Assembly (NCBI RefSeq): GCF_006345805.1
Contig: NC_043012.1
Location: forward strand, 124,001-188,000
DNA length: 64,000 nt
Reading direction: 5' to 3'
Origin: Octopus sinensis
Taxonomy: Eukaryota
The notes under the pieces are model-generated. The model was not told the origin of the DNA, ran no database searches, and saw only the letters and a list, made by a program, of their open reading frames with translations. Shown piece by piece: positions 25,616 to 38,745 of the stretch. Numbering within the stretch: the stretch's first letter is position 1; every line of letters begins with the position of its first letter. Position numbers and translations under genes: made by a program.

Positions 25616-25912
25616 TCTTTATATATAAAAGAGAGGTTGTGTGCTGTATGTCTCCTACGATTTAGATTTCTAACTACTCCCACATTTTGCGGTGCAGTTT
25701 AACCAAAACCGGGTATCTTATAGTCGTGATTCATATCGAGCCCTTCTGTGTATTAGCGCGCGTCTACGATGAGTCTACGATTTTTAAAAAAATTACCATC
25801 ATTTTTTTCCATTTTAATGTATTTTTTTGCTATTTTTTGGTTATAACTATCTAAAAATGCTTATATAGTTATTTCCCTTACAAACCCGAGCAACGCCGGG
25901 CGATACTGCTAG
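25616..25912 (+). mobile_element. Non-autonomous Helitron (~300 bp)
   Basis: A|TC 5' start (TCTTTATATATAAAA), subterminal hairpin CCCG-AGCAACGC-CGGG at 25885-25900, CTAG|T 3' end at 25909-12. Confidence 0.85.
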
Positions 25913-26589
25913 TATAATACCAAAATAGGAAAAGAACGCAAAACATCCAAACAGTTGCTTTATTTTAGCATGGCATTATTAATAATGTCGTGTTAAAATA
26001 ATCCTTAACACGGCGCACGAACTTTTATCTCAACTTTATATATAGAGGAAGTTACCATTTGCCAAAATCACTCACAAGCCCTTGCCCGGCTTCCATTGTT
26101 AGTGTATCAAAAACTTGCCCAAGGGACCACAGAGTGGGGCTGAATCCGAGTTTACATGATTGCAAAGGTAACTTCTAAACCTCACAGCCATGCTTTGTTC
26201 AGGTACCCCAGTTGATCAAACAAGTGTGTCCTCATTGCTGAAATCGAGGCAGAATCCAACATCATGACACACGTGCGAGTGAGTTCCTATGATTGGTTGA
26301 TCTGGGGTGTATGAGTATTTGTGGCTCTAACCTGATGTTTCTATGTTCATTTCGGTATAAGAGGTGTGTGTCCGTAGGTTTATGCGCGTTCGAAGCAATG
26401 TATGTGTGTGTGTGTGTGTGAGTGTGTGTGTGTGTTAGTGAATCATATTTCCTGTTTACGCTAATCACTCAATTACTCATCTGTGTTTAATTAATGTGAT
26501 TTGTTTGCCTCAGTTTCTACTTGTATGCCTGTCTACAAACATTGACAGGCTAGCATATATGCGTACACAGTCACACACACACGGCCACA

Positions 26590-26659
<70 letters not shown>

Positions 26660-26775
26660 GTGAAACGCATATATGCGTGCACTAACATGCATGAGTCCTG
26701 TGAGTAAGTACCGTTTCTAAACCGTCACTGTAATTTTATTTGTATGCGTATACGTACAAACATATATATATATAT

Positions 26776-26863
<88 letters not shown>

Positions 26864-27394
26864 ATATTATATGTGAATGTATGTATGTATATGTATCATA
26901 TATATATGCATACAGATAGGTAGATATAAAGATGTTTGTGTTTATAGGCTTAAATATAATTGTATAACATAGAATTTTGGCAGTGAACAGGTCGCGGTCT
27001 CAAATTGTTTTATGTACCTATATATATATTATATATATATATATGTATATATATATATTATTATTTATACATATATTTATATACATATATATATATACTT
27101 ATGTATATGTGTAAATATATATATATACACACATGCAACTATATATATATATGCAGATAGATAGATAGATAAATAGATAGACAGACAGACAGACAGATAC
27201 ATACATACATACATACATACATACATACATACATACATACATACACCGACAGACAGATAGAAAGACAAAGAGACAAATAGACATTTAGACAAATAGATAT
27301 TATGTAATAATTTGATTCGGTTCCATACAAGTTTTGATTGCGTGCAAAAGTAATCTAGCTCATTAGACATAATTACATTTTGCCCGACACCCAC

Positions 27395-27850
27395 CTTGGA
27401 TACTGTTGTCTACTGTGGTCTCCCCACACGAAACAAGGTATGATAAAAGTTGAAGCACCTCAAAATTCAATTACAAAAGCAGATAGATTGGCATGACAGA
27501 CCTTGACTATTACGGTTGACTAGAAAAGCACAAGATTTATTCTCTCCAATGCCGTTGTGAGCGTTACATCATCTGCATGATGTGGAAAATATTCCATTAG
27601 TATTGCCCAAATGATATTGGCATCCCCTTTAAGATACACCTAAGATTTGGGCCCCGTGCTATCCGCCCACAATATAAATGACACTCGCACCACATAACGA
27701 CAACTGTTTCATCTGAATTGGCCCCGTTCTCTTTAACATTACACCGAAACACATTAAAAGAGAAACGGACCCCATAAAGTTTAAGAAATCCCGGATAAAC
27801 CTCCTACACCTGGACATGTCTCCGTAAACAATAACTCTCTACATGAGTGG
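27395..27850 (+). mobile_element. CR1/L2-like LINE 3' fragment, decayed
   Basis: LWSPHTKQ...; CERYIICMMWKIFH*YCPN resembles RRERY.II..WKI....PN. Confidence 0.6.
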
Positions 27851-27999
27851 GCCACGTTGTCCGATTCCTGATTTGAATGACATGCTGGCGATGTGAAGAA
27901 ATAACAGCGTATTCCCGTTCATTTACGGGGCGATTCGTTTGTTCTTGTTAGAAGTGTTCAGTATTTTTGCATGGATTTCCCTTTGCCTCTGGCCTAGCA

Positions 28000-28500
28000 T
28001 TTACCCTGGGTTAGAAACCGTTCAAGGAATCCAGCTGGATCTGTCTCGAACAATCTCAGATTTTTTCGTGATATGATCAGCCTAGTGCACTCTGATCAGG
28101 TGTTAGAACATGTGACATCGACCGAGCAAAAACTTTCATCATGCCGAGTTCATTATGCACAATGTTCTCAACTTTCTCGCAGTATGTGCTAATAGAATTG
28201 GCTATTTGAATTTTAGTCAGTCGTGTGGTATCCATCACCATGAGGTGAACACAATCAATGTTTTCGACGCTGGTGGCAGTTCCAGGATATGCAGACATTG
28301 GGTCATCTCCAAGACTATCTTTTCTCCTACATTGAGCTGCCCACGTTTGCATAGTTGATAAACCTGGAGCGCCAACCCCTAATGTAGCAAGCAGGTCGAC
28401 ATGAATGTCCTTGGGGACAAAACCCTCTTTGAACAAGTACTTTATAACATCACGATGCCAACTTTTGTCGAATTTACAAGGGAAGACACTACCGGATAAT
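28000..28500 (-). mobile_element. mariner transposase N-terminal remnant
   Basis: ORF 28077-28436: PKDIHVDLLATLG..AP.LSTMQTWAAQ..SLGDDP...HNELGMMKVFARSMSHVLTPDQ (degenerate WVPH.LT.DQ). Confidence 0.85.
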
Positions 28501-28539
28501 GTTGAGGTGTTACTTGAACAGTCAGATTTTGGTTTATCT

Positions 28540-28765
28540 GGGAAAGAAATGCGTTTTCAAATTTTTGCGTAACGTTAGTAATTTGAGGGCAGAACTTAAG
28601 TACATTACATCGACCCCAATGTGCAATTGGTACTTATTCTATCAACCTCGAAAGGATGTAAGGCAAAGTTGTCCCCGGCGATATTTGAACACAGAACGTA
28701 AATTCGAAAGAAATGCCGCTAAGCAATTTCCCTCGACGCGGTAACCATTCTCCCAGCTCGCCGTG
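28540..28765 (-). mobile_element. SINE family B, diverged
   Basis: TGGTACTTATTCTATCAACCTCGAAAGGATG..GGCAAAGT...CAGCTCGCC. Confidence 0.75.
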
Positions 28766-29209
28766 TTGGAAACAATGCCGTTGTTACTAAGTAGAGTAGA
28801 AATGAATGCAAACAAGATTTCACTGTTCTAGCATCACTCCTTCATAGTCAACCTATGAACTCTTCAGCCCACACTCGCATGTGAGTGTGTGTGTTTGCGC
28901 ATATGTATGATCGTGTGTGTGTGTGTTTGTGTGTTTGTTTCTATGATATGGTCAGTTGACTGCCTAAGATTAGCCATCCTGGAAGAGCACAACTGAAGGA
29001 GAACGACATGGATAATGATTAGCAATCAAAGTGTTTCTTCTCACACTAAAACAGGATGTTGGTTTACTTCTTTGTTCCAAATTAATATGATGGATGGATG
29101 GATGGATGGATGGATGGATGGATGGATGGATGGATGGATGGATAGATATCAAGTTTCCGTTTATGGGAAACGAATTTTATCTACACCTGAACTCGGTGCA
29201 TAGCATATA

Positions 29210-29255
<46 letters not shown>

Positions 29256-29278
29256 ATGTATATGTATATATATATATA

Positions 29279-29326
<48 letters not shown>

Positions 29327-29336
29327 GTATATATAT

Positions 29337-29367
<31 letters not shown>

Positions 29368-29495
29368 GATATATATATATAGATATATATTATATATATT
29401 ATATATATATATAATATATATATATATATAGGATGTATGTATATTTGTATAAGTATGTATGTGTATATATGTATGTATCTGTGTGTATACACAGA

Positions 29496-29542
29496 TGCCG
29501 ACTGAAGAACGTATCTCAAGCGTGAAACTTGAAGTAATGGTA
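29496..29542 (+). ncRNA. Minimal type I hammerhead-like motif
   Basis: CUGAAGA 29502-08, stem II ACG/CGU, GAAA 29524-27, palindromic ACUU-G-AAGU, GUA site; stem I UGCCG/UGGUA with A.A mismatch next to the core. Confidence 0.55.
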
Positions 29543-29989
29543 GTCAACTGATTTAATTATTTATGTGTGTTTGTGTGTATGTGTGTATGTGTATGTGTGT
29601 ATGTGTATTTTGCGTGTGTAAGTTGTTATGTGTACGCATGTGTGTACATTTATGTGTGTTTGTGTGTTTGCTCGTATTTCCGTGTATAGCATGTTCGTTC
29701 TGGTTGGATTCTCAGATAAAGACGCTTATCAAATGCAAAAGCGAATACAAAATGAAATTCAAAATGGACAGCTTCACTAAAATTTCTCGAATTCCCACAG
29801 AATCATTAAGTAATTTAGAGACCACCATCAACAGAATTTGAACCCACATAAGACCCTTGGTGAGGATTGCTTTGTAATATTGGCACAAAGCCTCACACTT
29901 TGGAGGAGGAGGAGGAGGAGGAGGAGGACATTCATTAAATCTATCCCAGTGCCTTAGTAATATATTTTCGATTTTCCAATGATGAAGAG

Positions 29990-32130
29990 CAATAATGATA
30001 CTTATCGGATTTGAACTCGAAACGTAATGAATCATAACTGATTATCACGTGACACGTAGTTTGATTCTCTACCAATTCACTTCATTTCAATTACAAATAA
30101 TAATATTCTTTTCTATTCTGCACTCAAGACCCGAAAAGTTTTTGGGAAGGGGACCAGGCGATTAGATTGACCCAAGTACGCAAATGGTACGAAAGGATGA
30201 AAGGTAAAGTCGACCTCAGTAGAATTTGAACTCAGAACGTAAAGACGGACGAAATGCCGCTAAGCAATTTGTCCTGTAAGCTTAACTATTCTGCCAGTTC
30301 GCCGCCTATTTTCAATTAGAAATATTGGTTTCAAATTCTGAAAAAAAGGCCAGTAATTTCGAGGTAAGGTATCAGTCGATTACATCGACCTTCAGTAATC
30401 AACTGGTACTTATTCTACCAACTCGCCGCCTTAAGATTCAAGTAGAATATTAGTTTCTAATATATTTACAAGATCACACATTTGTAGGAAAAGACATAAT
30501 ACTTTAGGTCAAACCAGAACTTCTAGATTTATGTTTTATTTTGACGGCCGGAGGAATAACAGAATAAATCAGATCTAGAGGAATTTGAACTCAGAACCCG
30601 AAATGACGTGTATTGGTTTCAAATTTTGGTACCAGGCCATCAATTTCGGGAGAGTGGGTGAGTCGATAACATCGACCCTAGTGATCGGATGATATTTTTC
30701 TTATCGACCCGAGAGGATGAACGGCAAAGTTGACCCCCCCACGAAAATCGTACTCGGAACATTAAGACGAACGAAATAACACTAAGCATTTTGTCCGGCG
30801 TGTTAACAATTCTGCTAGGTCACCGCCTCGATGTCTATAGAAATACCTATTCTTTTACTGCCCACAAGGGGCTAAACACAGAGAGGACAAACAAGGACAG
30901 ACAAACGGATTAAGTCGATTATATCGACCCCAGTGCGTAACTGGTACTTATTTAATCGACCCCGAAAGGATGAAAGGCAAAGTTGACCTCGGCGGAATTT
31001 GAACTCAGAACGTAGCGGCAGACGAAATAATGCTAAGTATTTCGCCCGGCGTGCTAACGTTTCTGCCACCATCGTACCCAATACTTGGCAGTTACCTTAT
31101 TTTATAGAACCGGGAGTAATGACAAGCAGAGTTGACGCCAGTAGTGACTGAACTCAGAACGTAATGATTCGGAGGATATAATGGTTTCAAATTTTGACTC
31201 AAGGCCAACAGAGTTTAAGCGGAAGGGTATTTCGATTACATGAACCCCATTGCTCAATTGATACTTATTTTATCGACCCTCAAAAAATGAATGGTAACGT
31301 CAACTTCGACTGAACGTAAAAAAGACAGACGAAATGCCGCTAAGCATTTTGGTTGGCGTGTTAATGGTTCTGCCAGCTCGCCAATTACGATAATTTCTAA
31401 TTTAAGCATAAAGCTAGCAGTTTTCATGAGATTGGAGTTGGCAATACAACCAACACTTGCATTAGACTAGTGCTTTATTTGATCGATCACAAAATGATGA
31501 ACCGCAAAGCTGACCTCCATGACATTTGAAATCAACATAAAATGCCAGAAGAAATATCACAAAGCATTTTTTTTCCGATGTTCTTACAAATCTGTAATGT
31601 CACTACCTTGATGTGTGCCTAATCAGTACCTTGTTGTGTACCTGATTACTGCTTTCAAAGGAACATATGCATGAGGATCCAAATTTGAGGGCCAAGTAGA
31701 GTATTGTTGATAGAAGCAACACTTTTCTTCCGTAGTTGCAAACTTCAAATTTGGAAGAAGAGAGCAATTGATTACTCCGATATCATTACTTGACTGGTAC
31801 ATTAGTCTATCGATACCAGAATGATGAAAGGCAAATTTTACCTCGGTGAGATTTGAACCCAGAACATAAAGAGCCGGAACAAATAAACCAATGAATCTCG
31901 TTTGATCCTAGCCACTTCATCGCCTTTCAATTGTTTCTAACATACACACAAGACCACAAGGTCAGAAATTTGTGAAAATGGATAGATCAATCAAATCAAC
32001 CCTAATAATATCAACCATGGAACGATAAGAAGCAAAAATTTATCTCATCGGGATTTGAACTTAAAAATATAAAAGGCGATAATTTAATAGAGAAAAGCCG
32101 TTTTATCCAACACTCTGCCAATTCTGTTAT
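29990..32130 (-). mobile_element. Head-to-tail array of about 10 SINE family B copies
   Basis: B-box complement GAATTTGAACTCAGAAC (or degenerate) at about 30007, 30221, 30581, 30745, 30994, 31146, 31310, 31521, 31849, 32051, all the same strand. Confidence 0.85.
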
Positions 32131-32624
32131 TTCCACCCCATCGTCCTGCAGGTTCAAACACAATTTTAAAAGAATATTTCCTCTAATTTAAATAATCACA
32201 CCCATTACGTGGAAATCGCTGCAAAGCAGAAGACGGACCGAGCCCGTTATGTCGTTTTTAATCTGCTTTTTGAAGTCATTAATTCATTCCAATTACAACA
32301 CTAATCTCCTTATGAAAGTCATGAACAATACCAATTACAGTTTACGTTTTCTCTAATTCAAAGAACCTTTATGGATAGGTTAAAATAATCTAATATGTTC
32401 TTCCTTTCCTGATGAATACAGATTTCCCTTCCTCTCAGTCTATATTTAATCATGATCTAATCATTATAAACGCTTCAGTGTGGCCACCACCACTATCGTC
32501 ATCATCATCATCATCCTCATCGTTATTATTATTACTATTATTAATCAGGCAGTCCATCCTATCTGCCTTCGTAAAGTTCTTATCTAGGATCGTAATGTGT
32601 TAGTAACATTAACAGAGGCTGAGG

Positions 32625-33358
32625 CAGCGAACTGGAAGAAACGTCAGAACGCCGGGCAAAATGTTCAGTCATTTTCGCCTGTCTTCTCGTTTTGAGTTCA
32701 AATTCCGCCGCGGTCGACTTTACCATTCATCCTTTCAGGTTCGACAAATTAAGTACCAGTCACGTACTGGGGTCAATATGATCGACTTATCCACTCCCGA
32801 CAAATTTCAGAGCTAGTACCTATTGTAGAAAGAATCATTGTTATTATTAATCCCGCTGTCCATAAAGTCCTTCTTAACTAGGATCGTAATGTGTTTAGTA
32901 ATATTCTTTTCTACTCTAGGCACAAGGCCCAAAACTTTCGGGAAGCGGGCCAGTCGATTAGATCGACCCCAGTATGCAACTGGTAGTTAATTTATCGACC
33001 CCAAAAGGATGAAAGGTAAAGTTGACCTCGGCGGAAATTGAACCCAGAACATAAAGATACACAAAATACCGCTTAATATTTCGCCCGGCATGCTAACGAT
33101 TCTGTCACCTCGCCGTCTTTGCATTGTAACATGTAATACTTATGATGAAGGAAGGCGGTGAGCTGGGAGAATCGTTAGCACGCCAGACAAAATGCTTAGC
33201 AGCATTTCGTCCGTCTTTAGGTTCTGAATTCAAATCCCGCCGAGGTCGACTTTGCCTTTCAATCTTTCGGAACCGATAAAATAAATACAAGTTGATTGCT
33301 GTGGGTCGATGTCATCGATTTACCCGCTTCTCTGAACTTGTGCCACAATTTGAAACCA
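32625..33358. mobile_element. Three SINE family B copies in +/-/+ orientation
   Basis: 32625-32830(+), 32905-33116(-), 33152-33358(+). Confidence 0.85.
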
Positions 33359-33780
33359 ACATTAACAGATGCAAATTGGCAGAATGTTTAGGGGCGTCGG
33401 ATAGAATTTGTAGCTGCTGTTTCAAAGCACTGTGCTCTGAAATTTGGAAATAAATAAAAGAATATATGTTCGCGTGTACATATACGTGAATATTAACAAG
33501 TGAAACTAATTAGTACATAGGTAATCGTTTTTTATTTCGTATATTTTCATTTGTCTTGCTTATTTTTACACTTTGGTTTTTGCTGAGTTTTTTTCTTGAG
33601 AACACATTCTTCGTAGAAAATAGCGATTTTAACGTCTATATCTAGCATATTGACTGTCCACTTTTAATGGTCAGTCCTTTAAATTTTGTATGTAAAAAAT
33701 ATTTTTAATCTTCGGAATTTTTTAAATATGCTAGGCCACTGGTTTTTATGATTATATCAATTTCTACTCTTATTTAATTT

Positions 33781-33823
<43 letters not shown>

Positions 33824-33824
33824 C

Positions 33825-34144
33825 TAAGCAATAAGGGTTTAGCACGAGTTGCCTTACCATACCGAATTTAGAAATAGCAGTCAAAGGGTTATAGCTATTT
33901 CTTCTATACTAAAAAGGGAGATCTCAGTAAAATGCTGTTTTTACTGAGATCTCCCTTTTTAGTAGAAGAAATAGCTATAACCCTTTGACTGCTATTTCTA
34001 AATTCGGTATGTGTTAAGGCAACTCGTTGCTAAACCCTTATTGCTTATATTACTTAAATTTTCCTCGAATGAGGCTTTTACATGCCGAAGACTACTTGGT
34101 GTAATTGATATTTTTCCAATTAATTAATTTCACCCTTCATTATT

Positions 34145-34148
<4 letters not shown>
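33825..34148. mobile_element. Fold-back element: arms 33825-33932 and 33939-34047 plus ~100-nt tail, in (TA)n
   Basis: Axis GAGATCTCAGTAAAA-TGCTG(T)-TTTTACTGAGATCTC; arm sequence related to 46950-47030. Confidence 0.9.
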
Positions 34149-34149
<1 letters not shown>

Positions 34150-34189
<40 letters not shown>

Positions 34190-34236
34190 TATTTTATTTA
34201 TGTGACTATTTTTGCATGTATGTATCTATCTATCTA

Positions 34237-34288
<52 letters not shown>

Positions 34289-35243
34289 CATACATAATAT
34301 ATATATATATATATATATATACATACATACATACATACCTATATATATATATACTTACCCTACAAATATATATATATATACATATATATATATACATACA
34401 TATATATATATACATACATACATGTTGTGTGTTTGTGTGTGTGTATGTATGTATGTATATGTATGTGTATATATATATATATATATATACTTACCCTACA
34501 AATATATATATATATAGATAGATATTTACATTTATATATACATGTAGACACACATAGTTGTATATACATATATATATATATACTTACCCTACAAATATAT
34601 ATATATATAGATAGATAGATAGATAGATAGATATATAGATAGATAGATATATAGATAGATATTTACATTTATATATACATGTAGACACACATAGTTGTAT
34701 ATACATATATATATATACATACATACATGTGTGCGTGGGTGTATACACACACACGCAAGAAATATGTATCTATATATATTCACATGCGTCTACGCACACG
34801 TACATACACGCATTTACATAAATTTATATATATATATATATATCTATATATATATATATATACTTACCCTACAAATATATATATATATATTATATATATA
34901 TATATATACATACATACATACCTATATATATATATATTATATATATATATATGTGTGTATGTATGTATGTATATGTATGTATGTATATGTATGTGTATAT
35001 ATATATATATACTTACCCTACAAATATATATATATATATTATATATATATATATGTGTGTGTGTATGTATGTATGTATATGTATGTATGTATGTATATGT
35101 ATGTATGTATGTATGTATATGTATGTGTATATATATATATATACATACATACATGTGTGTGTGTTTGTGTGTGTGTATGTATGTATGTATATGTATGTGT
35201 ATATATATATATATGTGTGTATGTATGTATGTATGTATGTATG

Positions 35244-35275
<32 letters not shown>

Positions 35276-35302
35276 TATGTATGTGTATATATATATATAT
35301 AT

Positions 35303-35341
<39 letters not shown>

Positions 35342-35362
35342 TATAGATAGATAGATAGATAT

Positions 35363-35397
<35 letters not shown>

Positions 35398-35532
35398 TTT
35401 ACATTTATATATACATGTAGACACACATAGTTGTATATACATATATATATATACACATACTTAAACGTATCTTCATGCATACATACATATATATATATAC
35501 ATACATACATACATACATACCTATATATATAT

Positions 35533-35578
<46 letters not shown>

Positions 35579-35706
35579 ATATACATACATACATGTGTGC
35601 GTGGGTGTATACACACACACGCAAGAAATATGTATCTATATATATTCACATGCGTCTACGCACACGTACATACACGCATTTACATAAATTATATATATAT
35701 ATATAT

Positions 35707-35781
<75 letters not shown>

Positions 35782-35927
35782 TTTACATTTATATATACAT
35801 GTAGACACACATAGTTGTATATACATATATATATATGTATACAGGTATATATACTAATATACACATATAATGTAGATGTTTTTAATTCATACCTAGTTCA
35901 AATGCTGCTATACATTAACACACAAGC

Positions 35928-35959
<32 letters not shown>

Positions 35960-36110
35960 TATATATGTGTGTGTGTATGTATGTATGTATATGTATGTAT
36001 GTATGTATATGTATGTGTATATATATATATATTATATATATATATATATACACATACTTAAACGTATCTTCATGCATACATACATATATTATACGTGTAT
36101 GTATGTATTA
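34150..36110. repeat. Mosaic higher-order minisatellite of (TA)/(TATG)/(GATA) with unique spacers
   Basis: TACTTACCCTACAAAT x5, GATATTTACATTTATATATACATGTAGACACACATAGTTG x4, a ~100-bp block x2. Confidence 0.9.
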
Positions 36111-36199
36111 TGTATGTAAATATGCATGTACATATGTATGTTTGTATCTAAAAAGATCCAATTCAGTTTTTCATGAAAAGGGAAAGAAATATTCCATCA

Positions 36200-36715
36200 T
36201 AAAGTGTACGACAAAATTTTATCTAGGCAGGGTAGCGTTGTTGTCTTTTATGAAGCAAGGCCCAAGCCGGACCGTTTGTGTGCCTACATGAAAAGCAAAG
36301 GGTAGATGACGTCGGGCAAGACTCCTGATTCCCTCAGTGAAACGTTTGCTGACCAAGCTTACTGACATGTAGAGTGCCTTCAATCTCTTCATATTATTCA
36401 ATGAGAAGAACTTCAAGCAAAACCAGTGGATATCTTGTTCCCACCGTCTCTGATATTACTGGAGGCTGTGATCAATAAGGGCTTCCAATAGGTATACTGT
36501 CAATGCAATACTGTGCTTCGAACACGGATCAAAGAGTGGTCCAAATGGGCTACATGTTGCTGCAAAAGTCAACTCCCTCCCACATGGCTTTTACAATAGC
36601 TGACCAGGTATCCAGCATGTGGCCTCTAGGTTCTCCTGTTTGAACTTCCAGGACTGCTGTGTCTGAAACCTATTAGAGAAGAGAACCTGGCTCTAACATT
36701 ACGGCACCAAGTTTT
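36200..36715 (+). mobile_element. Highly decayed DD37D/Tc1-like transposase remnant
   Basis: ILFNEKNF (I.FSDEK.F); YMLLQKSTPSHMA (FQQDSAPSH.A); WPLGSP.LNFQDCCV*NLLEKR. Confidence 0.6.
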
Positions 36716-37529
36716 CCTTGACAACTACTGGTATAATCGACTTAATCCCTTTGTCTGTCCTTGCTTGTCCTCTCTATGTTTAGCCCCTTGTGGGTAATCA
36801 AGAAATAAATATACTATTATTGTTCCTGAAAGCTGTTTTTTAATACCTACAACGGATTGCTCGAAGCATACTAACTTCCTACAATTAGATCCTTGAATTT
36901 TACAATTATATATCATTTTATATGTGTATGTGTGTATGTGTGTGTATGTATGTATGTATGTATGTATATTTATTTTCACACTATACTTGCACACGAAGAG
37001 GTGATGGGGTAGAGACAGTAAGTACAGCTGAGATGTAATGATCACAAAGGGTGACGGGCAAATATGGAAGGTAGCATGCGGGGGTGTACACAGATCTTAG
37101 ATGTCGAACGAGGGCGGACGAAGTGACTTAGTGAGGGGTGAGATGAACTTTTCAAAATTAGCTACCTCAGGCGCACACAGAGGCACACATGTGTGTGTGT
37201 ATGTGTTTGTGTGTACTGGTGTGTGTGTATGTGTGCGTGTGTGTGTGTGTGTGTGTGTATGTGTGTGTAAAGAAAATATAGAAAATGTCCTGATATTAAG
37301 AGAGTGGGATGCCAAAGGTCAAAAACTGAGATGATGGGTCAGTGTCAAAAGAAATTGCCTGACCCTTATCATTATTATGGTTATTATTGTTGGTTTTTGT
37401 TGGTGGCGGTGGTGTTGTTGTTGATTTTGTTACAGTAACTCCCCATAACCCCGAAAACGCTTTGCCTTAATGAAACGTGTCACATGGGCAATAACAATTG
37501 CTACACATGTCTTTCAAATGTTAAACCGC

Positions 37530-38745
37530 CATCACTATCGTCACTACACACCTCATCGTCATTAACACCATCATCATCATCATTATCATCATCATCATCA
37601 TCATCATCGTCGTCGTCGTCGTCGTCATCGTCGTCATCATCGTCACCATCGTCATCATCGTCATCGTTGCCGTCTTCGCCGTCACTGTCATCGTCATCGT
37701 CATCGTTGTCGTCGTCATCATCGTCTTTGTCCCATCCATCAGAAATGATAGCTTCGGTAGTGTTCGCTCATATTAGCATCGCTTTCATCGTTCATCGTTT
37801 CAGCAACGACAACGAGCCACACCCTCGCAATGAAGATGATGATGATGATGATGACGATGATGATTGGGAGGAGGAGGAGGAGGAGGAGAATGAGCAGGAG
37901 AAGCAGGATGATAGGGGAGGTTGATAACGACGACGACGGTGATGTAAAGGATTGCAGTGATGATGATGTTTATAATGATGACGATCATGATGTTGATGAC
38001 AACGACGACAACGACAATGATGATGATAATAGCTATGGTGATGATGGCAACGATGGTGGTTGTGGTAGTGATGGTGGTGGTGGTGGTGGTGGTGGTGGTG
38101 ACGGTGGTGGTGGTAGTGGTGGTGGTGGTGGTGGTGGTGGTGGTGATGATGGCGGTAGTAGTTATGGTGGCTGTGGTGATGGTGGTGGTGATGGTGGTGG
38201 TGGTGATGGTGGTGATGGTGTTGGTGGTGGTGATGTTGGTGATGGTGGTGGTGATGATGGTGGTGATGGTGGTGATGATGGTGGTGATGGTGTTGGTGGT
38301 GGTGATGTTGGTGATGGTGGTGGTGATGATGGTGGTGGTGATAGTGATGGCGATGGTGGTGGTGATGGTGGTGATGGTGTTGGTGGTGGTGATGTTGGTG
38401 ATGGTGGTGGTGATGATGGTGGTGGTAGTAGTAGAGGTGATGGCAGTGGTGATGGTGGTGGTGATGGTGTTGGTGGTGGTGATGTTGGTGATGGTGGTGG
38501 TGTTGATGGTGGTAGTGGTGGTGATGGTTGTGGTGGTGATAGTGATAGCGATGGTGGTGGTGATGATGGTGATGGTGGTGGTGATGGTGGTGATGGTGGT
38601 GGTGACGGTGGTGGTGGTGGTGGTGGTATTGATAGTGATGGTGATGGTAGTGGTGATGGTGGTGATGGTGGTGATGGTGATGGTGATAGTGATGGTGGTG
38701 GTGATGGCGGCGGTGGTGGTGTTGGAGGTGATGGTATTAACAGTG
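37530..38745. repeat. (CAT)n then long (GGT/GAT)n repeat with ~60-bp higher-order unit
   Basis: GGTGATGGTGTTGGTGGTGGTGATGTTGGTGATGGTGGTGGTG recurs about 4 times in 38210-38500. Confidence 0.9.

Noticed and set aside
26203-26278. AG...GTGAGT-bounded candidate exon
   Set aside because: Stops in all three frames; no other support.
29717-29810. Candidate exon (IKTLIKCKSEYK... or DKDAYQMQKRIQNE...)
   Set aside because: Plausible splice sites but no recognisable homology; cannot be supported without data.
34150-36110. Repeat-spacer pattern as a CRISPR array
   Set aside because: Eukaryotic context; the unique parts repeat and the intervening parts are microsatellites; no cas genes.
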